Source: an uncultured Acidimicrobiia bacterium
Lineage (GTDB): Bacteria; Actinomycetota; Acidimicrobiia; Spongiisociales; ZC4RG35
Assembly (NCBI GenBank): GCA_963840175.1
Contig: CAWIXU010000004.1
Span: 9,288 to 73,287, forward strand
Direction: 5' to 3'
Length of the DNA: 64,000 nt
Both the position numbers and the translations under genes were made by a program. Below are positions 56,078 to 64,000 of this stretch, piece by piece (the first letter of the stretch is position 1; the number at the start of each line of letters is the position of its first letter). The notes under the pieces are model-generated. The model saw only the letters and a program-made list of their open reading frames with translations, was not told the origin of the DNA and searched no databases.

Positions 56078-56992
56078 TTCTCGACCTCCTCAAATCCGGT
56101 CGTACTCGCTTCACCAGCCACTTCGAATTGCTGGACCATCGCTAGATAGGTGTCTTCGAGAGTTGCCCGTCTTACCTCGAGTTCTTCGACCGCATCGCCA
56201 TGTTCGTTCAACAGCGACCGGACGAAACGGCGTCGCGTCCGGCGTGGTTTCGACATGGCGCTCACCGTCGAGCCGCCACCGGACCTCGGAATCGCGCGTC
56301 ACCCTTCGCGCCAGGTCCTCGACTGTGCCGTCCGCCACGATCCGGCCGCCGGCGAGGATCAGAATTCGATCGGCAAGCTTGTCGGCCTCGTCCAAATCGT
56401 GAGTGGTCAAGAGAATCGTTGTGTCCTCAAGCTGGGAGAGCTGAAGAACGAGCCCGTGAAAGTCGCGCTTGGCTTGCGGGTCGAATCCGGCGGTGGGCTC
56501 GTCGAGAAATAGCAGCTCGGGCCTTCCGACGATCCCGATGGCGACGTCGAGTCGACGTCGCTGTCCACCAGAAAGCGTGCGGATCTTCTGGTGGGCCTGC
56601 CCCTCGAGACCGATCATGGAGATCAGTTCCTCAGGCGGGTAGGGGCGGCGCCGTTCCGGTGTCGAGTAAGGCTCGTAGTAGCGGCCGAGATGCTCGAGCA
56701 AACCGAGCGGCGTCCAGCGGGCGTGGTCGCGCCAAGATTGCAGCACCACCCCCACCCGGGCTCGCCAATCCTCGGGGGCATCTTGCGGATTCGTGCCGAG
56801 CACATCGACCCGACCGGCCGAAGGAGATCGAAAACCTTCCAGGATCTCAATCGTGGTGGTCTTGCCCGCGCCATTGGGACCCAGCAACGTCACGACCTCG
56901 CCTCTGCGCACCTCGAAATCGACGCCGTTGAGTACATCGACGTCGCCGTAGCGCATCCGCAAGCCTTCGACTTCGATGACAGGCTGGTCCAT
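56074..56992 (-). CDS. ABC transporter ATP-binding protein, frameshift near 56260
   Basis: Walker A GPNGAGKTT, signature LSGGQRRRL and Walker B LLFLDEPT in ORF 56111..56992. C-terminal ...ATLEDTYLAMV in ORF 56074..56265. Confidence 0.85.
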
Positions 56993-57018
56993 GGGCGCAA
57001 ATATTCCTACGGGGCACT

Positions 57019-57420
57019 TTACGAAGCCGTTAGTCGGGACTGAGCGCGCCGGATCTCCTCCTCTTCGAGCGGGTGGACGTAGAGGTCATAAGCCATCCAC
57101 AACGACCGTGCCCAGGGGTAGAAGAACAGCGGCACCAGACCGGTGAACGAGACGACGACAATCGTGAGCCACGTCCATGGGACATCCGGCCAGGTCAAGG
57201 CGAGAAAGAGGCCGAAGGACAGAAACATCGCCAAGATGGCCAGGATCGTGTTGAAGATCACCGCGCCCACCCAGTAGCCCGGCTCGCGTTCGAAGCGATG
57301 CCCGCAGCGGGGGCAGAAATCAGCTAGCGCCCACCAGCGGAAGATTCCTCCCTGCCCGCAATGGGGGCACTGGCGGCGGAAGCCGCGGGCCAACTGAACA
57401 GTGAGCTTCGGCCGGGTCAT
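57019..57420 (-). CDS. DUF983-like small membrane protein with N-terminal zinc ribbon
   Basis: ORF 57019..57624. Likely start at MTRPKL. CPHCGQGGIF...CPRCGHRF followed by 2 TM helices. Confidence 0.5.
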   Translation of the reverse strand: MTRPKLTVQLARGFRRQCPHCGQGGIFRWWALADFCPRCGHRFEREPGYWVGAVIFNTILAILAMFLSFGLFLALTWPDVPWTWLTIVVVSFTGLVPLFFYPWARSLWMAYDLYVHPLEEEEIRRAQSRLTAS

Positions 57421-57448
57421 GTCACTCAGGCTAAGTACCGTGCTGGAC

Positions 57449-58078
57449 ATGAGGCCGCCCCGAATCGAGTACGAGAGCGCCCCGCTCGATCTGATCGACC
57501 TTGACCCCGACCCTTTCGCCCAGTTCTCCCGCTGGCTCGACGACGCCTTCGCCGCCGAAGTGCCCGAACCGGAGGCCTTCGTCCTCTCGACAGTCAGTGC
57601 AGGCGGCAGTCCTTCCTCGCGCACTGTTCTCCTGAAGCAATTCGATCAGGACGGCATCGTGTTCTACTCGAACTACCGCAGTGCCAAAGCAGTCGACCTC
57701 AGCGGCGAGCCGCGAGTGGCCGCTTTGTTCCTGTGGCTGCCAATCCACCGCCAGGTCCGGGTCGAGGGCCGGGCGGAAAAGGTCGAGGCGGAACTCTCCG
57801 ATGCATACTTTGCCACTCGCCCTCCCGAGGCCCGGCTGGCCTCGGCCGCTTCCCCGCAAAGCCAGGTGGTCGTTAGTCGGGAGGAGCTCGATGGAATGCT
57901 CGAGCTCCTAACCCGCCAATATCCCGACGGCAATGTTCCCCGCCCCGCCCATTGGGGCGGCTACCGCATCAAGCCCACGCTGTTCGAGTTCTGGCAGGGG
58001 AGGCGGGCACGATTTCACGACCGTTTCCGCTTCCGACTCGACAAGGAGCGCTGGCTGATCGATCGGTTGGCGCCATGA
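57449..58078 (+). CDS. pdxH: Pyridoxamine 5-prime-phosphate oxidase
   Basis: ORF 57401..58078 from ATG 57449 (...FVLSTVSAGGSPSSRTVLLKQFDQDGIVFYSNYRSAK...WGGYRIKPTLFEFWQGRRARFHDRFRF...). Confidence 0.8.
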   Translation: MRPPRIEYESAPLDLIDLDPDPFAQFSRWLDDAFAAEVPEPEAFVLSTVSAGGSPSSRTVLLKQFDQDGIVFYSNYRSAKAVDLSGEPRVAALFLWLPIHRQVRVEGRAEKVEAELSDAYFATRPPEARLASAASPQSQVVVSREELDGMLELLTRQYPDGNVPRPAHWGGYRIKPTLFEFWQGRRARFHDRFRFRLDKERWLIDRLAP

Positions 58079-58809
58079 AGCTGGATGTCGTCGGTTCCTC
58101 GGGCACCTATCCCACCCGTGGCCGCCCCGCCGCCGGCTATCTGATTTCTCAGGGCGAAACTCGGATCTGGTGCGACACCGGGCCTGGAACTTTCGTCACG
58201 TTGCCACTCGAGATCGACCTCGTGAGCGCGATCGTGATCTCACACGAACATCCCGATCACTGGCTCGACCTGGTCACCGCCTATCACGCGATTTGCTACG
58301 GACCGAACCCCCGCCAGGGGATCCCAGTCTTCGCTCCCCAGGCGACAATCGAGCACATGTTGAAGATCGGCGGGGAAGACGAATACGAAGGAACCTTCGA
58401 CTTCAAAGCGGTGGCAGGAGGCGACTCGATCGAGATCGGCGGGATCGACGTCACTTTCGCCTGGTCGGATCACTCGGTTCCCACCGTCGCTTCGCGCTGG
58501 GAAGCCAACGGTCGGGTCCTCGCCTACAGCGCTGACACCGGCCCCGGCGGTGACTGGGAGAAAGTGGCCGCGGAAGCTGACCTTTTTCTCTGCGAGGCGA
58601 GCTATCAGGGCGACATCGCCGACTATGCCTATCAGCACCATCTCACCGCGTCTCTCGCCGGATCGATTGCCCGCCGCCAGGGAGCCAAAAAGCTGATGCT
58701 CACTCACATCCCCCCACATCTCGATCCGACGCTTTCCATCAATGAAGCCGAGACTTCCTTCGATCGACCGGTGGAGCTTGCCGTCCCCGGGCTGAGCCGG
58801 AAGATCTAG
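58075..58809 (+). CDS. MBL-fold metallo-hydrolase
   Basis: MKLDVVGSSGTYPTRGRPAAGYLI...ISHEHPDHWLDL (HxHxDH) in ORF 57952..58809, from ATG 58075 overlapping the pdxH stop. Confidence 0.75.
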   Translation: MKLDVVGSSGTYPTRGRPAAGYLISQGETRIWCDTGPGTFVTLPLEIDLVSAIVISHEHPDHWLDLVTAYHAICYGPNPRQGIPVFAPQATIEHMLKIGGEDEYEGTFDFKAVAGGDSIEIGGIDVTFAWSDHSVPTVASRWEANGRVLAYSADTGPGGDWEKVAAEADLFLCEASYQGDIADYAYQHHLTASLAGSIARRQGAKKLMLTHIPPHLDPTLSINEAETSFDRPVELAVPGLSRKI

Positions 58810-58814
58810 CGCGC

Positions 58815-59519
58815 ATGCCCCGGGCCCGGCCGTTCGACGAGATCCGTCCCCTGCGGATGCATCTGGGGTTCACCGACATGACCCCGGGGTCGGTGCTGAT
58901 CGAGATGGGCCGCACCCGGGTCCTTTGCACCGCGGTCATCGAGCTCGAGGTTCCGCGCTGGATGCGCGACAGCGGCAAAGGCTGGGTGACCGCCGAGTAC
59001 GGGATGCTGCCCGGATCGTCATCCGAAAGAATCGGGCGCGACCAGTACCAGAAAGGTCGCGCGCTCGAAATCTCCCGCCTCATCGGGCGAGCTTTGCGCT
59101 CGGTCGTCGACCCCACGGCGATGGGGGAGCTGATGGTGCGAGTCGATTGCGATGTCATCCAGGCTGACGGCGGCACCCGCACCGCGGCGATCACGGGTGC
59201 CTGGGTCGCTCTCCACCAGGCTTTCAGCGAGGCAATCGCCAAGGGTCGACTGGCCAGGAATCCGATCGTCGATCAAGTTGCCGCCATCTCGGTGGGGCTG
59301 GTCGAGGGGGAACTGTTGCTCGACCTCGAATACGAGGATGACGCCCGCGCCGAGGTCGATTTCAACGTGGTGATGTCGGGCCGGGGACTCCTCGTCGAAG
59401 TGCAGGGTTCCGCCGAAGGCGCCCCCTACACGCGGGAGGATCTCGACCGCATCCTCGATCTCTCCACTCTCGGCATCAACGTGTTGCTCGATGCCCAGAA
59501 ACAGGCGGTTGCCGAATAG
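58815..59519 (+). CDS. rph: Ribonuclease PH
   Basis: Intact ORF 58815..59519 (GSVLIEMGRTRVLCTA...VDCDVIQADGGTRTAAITGAWVAL). Confidence 0.9.
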   Translation: MPRARPFDEIRPLRMHLGFTDMTPGSVLIEMGRTRVLCTAVIELEVPRWMRDSGKGWVTAEYGMLPGSSSERIGRDQYQKGRALEISRLIGRALRSVVDPTAMGELMVRVDCDVIQADGGTRTAAITGAWVALHQAFSEAIAKGRLARNPIVDQVAAISVGLVEGELLLDLEYEDDARAEVDFNVVMSGRGLLVEVQGSAEGAPYTREDLDRILDLSTLGINVLLDAQKQAVAE

Positions 59520-59529
59520 GGATCGACCA

Positions 59530-60112
59530 GTGATCGAGCGGCTCAAAATCGATCGAGCTGGTCGTCGCTTCGAAGAACCCCGACAAGATCGCCGAGATCG
59601 AAGCCGTGCTGGTTGCCACTGGCGCGGTGGGCGAGATCGTGCAGGGTCTCGACTGGCCCGACGTCGAGGAGACCGAGGACACTCTCGAAGGCAATGCGCG
59701 CCTGAAGGCACAAGCGGTCTACGACGCGACCGGCTTGCCGGCGTTGGCCGACGACACCGGTCTTTTCGTCGACGCCCTCGGCGGTCTGCCCGGAGTGAAC
59801 ACCGCTCGTTACGCCGGTCCCCACGCGAGCTATACCGACAACGTCGCCCTCCTGCTCCAGACTTTGGGCGACCGGGACGACCGTCAAGCAGTCTTTCGCA
59901 CGGTGATGGTGATAGTCGGAGCCGGCAGGAGCCTGGTCGCCACCGGCGAGCTCAACGGCCAGATTGCGTTCGGACCGAGAGGCGCCAACGGGTTTGGCTA
60001 CGACCCGATCTTCGAAGTCGAGGGCCGCACCCTCGCCGAGATGTCCGAAGATGAGAAGAACGAGATGTCGCACCGCGCCCGCGCTATTCGGGCACTGGTC
60101 GCGCTGCTCTAG
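59530..60112 (+). CDS. rdgB: Non-canonical purine NTP pyrophosphatase (RdgB/Ham1), one frameshift near 59555
   Basis: GTG 59530 (MIERLKI), then after a shift ELVVASKNPDKIAEIEAVL, then ORF 59606..60112 (...ALADDTGLFVDALGGLPGVNTARYAG...ANGFGYDPIFEVEGRTLAEMSEDEKNEMSHRA). Immediately downstream of rph, as in most bacteria. Confidence 0.8.
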
Positions 60113-61039
60113 CCCTTGGTCGCTCCGGCGGTGAGGGCGCCGATGATCTGTTTCTGGGCGATCAGGAACACCGCCACGATCGGGAGCGCACCCAGCAGCG
60201 CCGTCGCCGCCAGCAGACCCCACTTGGCGTTGTAGCCCTCACCGAGGAAGGCCTGCAGGCCGACCGGGAGCGTGAACTGCTCGGTTCCCTGCAAGAGGAA
60301 CGACGCCAGGATGAACTCGTTGAAGATTCCGACGAAGCTGATGATGAAGATCACCGCGAGCATCGGGCGAGCCAGGGGCAGGATGATGCGCGAGAAGATT
60401 CCGAACTCGGTCGCACCGTCGATCACCGCCGCCTCGTCGAGGGAGGCCGGGATCGAGTCCAGGTAACCCTTGATCAAGAAGGCGTTGAAGCCGGCCGCGC
60501 CACCGAGATAGACCAGGATCAGGTAAAGGTGGGTGTTGAGCCCGACGGCGGGGACGATGCCGCCGATCTGCTGCGCCAGACACAAAGAAGGCGATGAATC
60601 CCAGGAATTGCGGGAAGATCTGCAGCACCAGGAGCAACGTCAGCAATCCCCGCCGTCCTCGGAACCGAAGGCGAGAGAAGGCGTACGCGGCGAACGACGC
60701 GATGATCACGTTGAGCCCGGCCGCGACCAGCGCCACCTTGAAGCTGTTGAAGAGCCACGTCGGGACTGGGGCGACCGTGCTGCGGAAGAGCTGGACGAAG
60801 TTGTCGAGCGTGACCTGCTGGGGGATGAGCCGCGAGGCACCCAGGTTGTCGACGGCGTTGAACGAGGCCGAGATGATCCACACCACCGGAAACAGCGCGA
60901 ACAGGGCGGCAATGATGGCGACCAGGTGCCGCCAGCCGCGCAGCTGGAACCCGCGCTTGTAGTGCGCCCAGCGAGCCTCCCGGGTTGTCTCCGCTGGCCT
61001 GGAGGCGGTGCCGACGACAACGCTCGAATCACCCGCCAT
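60109..61039 (-). CDS. Carbohydrate ABC transporter permease (MalG-like), frameshift near 60560
   Basis: ORFs 60239..61039 (N-terminal) and 60109..60585 (EAAVIDGATEFGIFSRIILPLARPMLAV... EAA-loop region). Confidence 0.75.
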
Positions 61040-62700
61040 AGATCTCCTCCAGTCGCTTGGTGAGTCGGAAGCTCGTGGCCGACGAGACGGCGAGGATCAC
61101 GAAGATGATCACGATGACCGCCGAGGCGAGGGCGAATTGATTGCCGCGTCCCGCTCCTTGGGCCAGGTTGAAGGTGAAGGAGATCAGCAGGTCCGACGCC
61201 CCCACCGGGACGTCGTAGCCGCTCAGAGGCGGCCCACCTCCGGAGAGCAAGAAGATCAGGACGAAGTTGTTGAAGTTGAAGGCGAAGGCCCCGATCAGAA
61301 GCGGCGCAGTCGACACCAGCAGAAGCGGCAACGTGACCGATCGAAACACCTTGAACGGGTTGGCACCGTCCACCCGAGCTGCTTCCTGCAATTCGACCGG
61401 AACTGAGGTCAGAGCGCCGGATGAGATCAAGAACATATAGGGGAAACCGAGCCACAAGTTGACAATGAAGATGGCAACGAGGACCCACCATGGGTTCCCG
61501 AGCCAGTCGACTCCCGGTATCCCGAACGTTTCGAGGATGCCGTTGACCTTTCCAAACCGATCATTGAGCAAGCCGCGCCAGATCAGGATCGAGAGGAAAC
61601 CCTGGGATGGCATAGGGGATGATGTAGATCGACCGGTAAAACGCCCGGCCCTTCATCGCCTTCGTCTTGGAGGGCAATGGCCAGGACAAGACCCAAACGC
61701 GAAGTTGAGGATCACCGAGCCGAATGCGAAGACGATGTTCCACGTAAAGACTCGTAGAAAGGGGCCGCGGATTCGTTCGTTGGTGAGAATGTTGGCGTAG
61801 TTGTCAAAGCCAACCACCGAGCGCCAGCCGATGAAGCGGCTCTCGATCGCCGAGGTGGGAACCTGATTGCACACCCCACCAGAACAGGTGATGCTCGTCT
61901 CCGTTGCCGCGATCGCGGTTCGGGCAACGTCCTCTTCGGGCACTCCGTCGCAGAGGAAGTTGCCCGTGCCGGCCACACAGACGCGTTGGGTCTGGTTATC
62001 GGTGAGGGTGTCGGTGGCCGGGTCATAGCTAAAGCGCTGCCCGACGTTGCGGACATTGACGCTGGAAAGCGTCTCGAGAGCTGCCTGCCGGCCATCGGGC
62101 AAGTCGAGGATCAGGTCCTGCAAGGTCCCTGACATCCCGGCCAGACGCAAACGGGGAATCAACGTGTAATCGCCCAGCGTTTCGGGGGGAGCGGCAGGAT
62201 CGATCGCGGCGTCCCCGGTGTTGAGGTGCGAATCGGTTATCGGATCAGAATCGCTCGGCCGCGGAGTGCCAAAGAACGGCTCGGCTTCGCCGCCACCGAT
62301 CAGGAAGGCGAGCTGGCCGTCGTCAGTGGTGTAGACGGACAGCGGCAGAGTTTGATCGGTGCCGTCGCTTGCCATCGGGATCGCCTCGAGGGCGCTGATG
62401 GCCTGCGGCTTGGAGAGGAAGTTGCCAGTTCGCCAGTTGGTCAGCGAAACGTAGAAGGTATAGAAGACCGGGTAGACGACGAAGATCGCCATCAGGATCA
62501 GGCCGGGAGTCAACCAACGCGAAGCCGAGGCTCGCGGGCTCAGATAGGCCCAGTTGACGAGCACCGCGGCCCCAATCAGAAATCCGAACAAGGGTCCAGG
62601 ATTGATTGGCAACGAGCTGGGGGATCGCAAAGATGATCAGCGCGTCGAAGATCGCGACCGCGATGGTGCGAATCCACATTCCTTTCGCGGTTCGCTGCAA
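61029..62700 (-). CDS. Carbohydrate ABC transporter permease (MalF-like, with large periplasmic loop), frameshifts
   Basis: C-terminal ORF 61029..61613 (EAARVDGANPFKVFRSVTLPLL). N-terminal and periplasmic-loop part in ORF 61653..62630. First TM (MWIRTIAVAIFDALIIFAIPQLVANQSW) in the frame of ORF 62323..63909. Confidence 0.7.
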
Positions 62701-62794
62701 ACCGCGGTCCCACGCCACCTGTTCCTCCTCCCACCAGGCGTTCGAGTTGTGGAGCGAGCCCACCACCGAAGTGGTGGGCTCACTCGGATGGATC

Positions 62795-64000
62795 AGCCTC
62801 CGGCGATAGCCGAGCGGACTGCTTCGGCCGCCGTCGTCATCGCTTCGTCCGCGGCGATTTCGCCGTTGCGAATCAGCAGCATGTTGTCGCCAAGGGGACC
62901 CCACACCGAGGCCATCTCGGGCACGTTGGGCATCGGAATCCCGTTGCCTGCCGCCTCGGCGAAGGTCTGCGACTTGTGGATCGGAGCTCAAGCCGTCCTG
63001 CACCGCCTGCCAGGCCGTCCCGCGGGGATCGGCGTCGTACATTGCCTGCATGACTTCATCGGTGGCGATGAAATCGAGCAGGAAGGTCTGGGCCAGGAGC
63101 TTCTGCTCGGAGAAGGCCGAGATGAAGAAACCCTGTGCTCCCACGAACGGCTGGGTCGGCTGGTCACCGATCTGGGGAATCACCGCCACATCCCAGTTGA
63201 CCGTGGTCTGCTCGCGCAGGGCGCCGAGTTCCCAGGGCCCGGTGATCCAGAACGCCGAGGACCCCTCGAGGAAGAGGTTCTTGGCGGTGTCATAGTCGGT
63301 CGACGCAACAACTCCCGCCGACACCTGGTCGGCCAGATATTGCGCTCCCTGGATCGCCTCGGGAGTGTCGAGACGGACTTCGCTCGGGTCGTAGCTCCCG
63401 GTCTCAGGGTCGTAGGCGAAGATCGAGCCGCCATAGGCGGAGACGAACGGGTAGTTGTGGTAGGCGTCGGTGGCTGCGCCGCCGCCGGGGATGCCGAGGC
63501 AGGTATCGACCGCGGCGGCTTCGCAGGCTGCCGCCACCTCGTCGAAGGTCGCCGGGGCCGTGGGGACCAGGTCGGTGTTGTAGTAGAGGGCGATGGTTTC
63601 GGTGACATAGGGCACCGCATAGGTCTGACCCTCGAAACCGAAGGCATTGACCGCAACGGGTACGAAGCTGTCGGCCTTGGCGCCGAGATCGATCGGATCG
63701 ATGACGCCGTTGGCGACGAGCTCGCCGGTCCAGTCGTGGGCACCGACGAAGATGTCCGGACCCTCACCGGCGGGGCCGGCGGTCGAGACCTGGTCACGGA
63801 TCTCGCCGAACGGCACCAACTCGACGATTACCTCGACTCCGGTCGCCTCGGTGAAGGCGGGAGCGATGGCCTGGAGCGGCTCGACCCGCCGTTCGTCCGC
63901 CCAGATCACCAGCGCTTCACCGGCCGCGGCCGCGGTGGTTTCGGCGGCCGCAGAGGTAGTCGTTTCCTCGACCCCGGCGGTAGTGGTCGTTGCCAGATCG
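62795..64000 (-). CDS. Sugar ABC transporter substrate-binding protein (MalE-like), 5-prime partial (start beyond window end), frameshift near 62950
   Basis: ORF 62323..63909 (...IFVGAHDWTGELVANGVIDPIDLG...AFWITGPWELGAL...). Corrected C-terminus ...PNVPEMASVWGPLGDNMLLIRNGEIAADEAMTTAAEAVRSAIAGG. Upstream of the MalF/MalG-like permeases on the same strand. Confidence 0.75.

Overview
High-GC (~70%) window from an Actinobacteria-like chromosome. Gene order matches Mycobacterium/Streptomyces core loci, but the window also carries S-layer-homology (SLH) envelope proteins that mycolate actinobacteria lack.

Main conserved blocks: (1) 1..11000, envelope glycan locus: SLH/Ig-like surface protein, wecB, two GT2 glycosyltransferases, O-antigen-ligase-like gene, SpoIID-SLH fusion, Wzx-like flippase. 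(2) 20151..24035, acyl-CoA carboxylase accD-accA with divergent birA. (3) 25055..29278, LCP, ugd and F420 genes cofE/cofD. (4) 29441..41526, GT2-membrane protein, DUF5719, DUF3499, manB, Trm112, PMI and ahcY. (5) 43600..52704, comF-hpf-response regulator-secA-prfB-ftsE-ftsX-M23-smpB, followed by ssrA. (6) 54086..64000, acyl-CoA dehydrogenase, ABC transporters, pdxH, rph, rdgB and a sugar ABC importer.

Observations not explained by ordinary annotation:
- Almost every CDS, including secA, prfB, accA/accD, PBP, ahcY and ftsE/X, is broken by one or more frameshifts. This is most likely an indel-prone assembly rather than gene decay. All coordinates from my own base counting are approximate to about +/-2 nt.
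- prfB carries the canonical programmed +1 frameshift site, in addition to a second, non-programmed break.
- An unannotated tmRNA (ssrA) lies on the minus strand at ~53674..54024, with tag ...EDNFALAA. It is masked by a spurious plus-strand ORF.
- A ~550-bp cassette occurs twice, ~30 kb apart (11570..12122, degraded; 41564..42114, intact). Each copy is bounded by 17-bp terminal inverted repeats CCCCCGGAGGGGGGAGT and encodes a DUF559 (Vsr-like endonuclease fold) protein. I read it as a candidate small mobile/selfish element.
- A family of heptad GAC(G/A)TCA inverted repeats exactly brackets an arylamine N-acetyltransferase gene (17743..18656). The same repeats form a long hairpin between a NarL-family response regulator and secA (45427..45505).
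- The ORF track labels ORF 18886..20343 as plus, but it is minus-strand. It is a read-through fusion of the accA biotinyl domain and a downstream lipoprotein.
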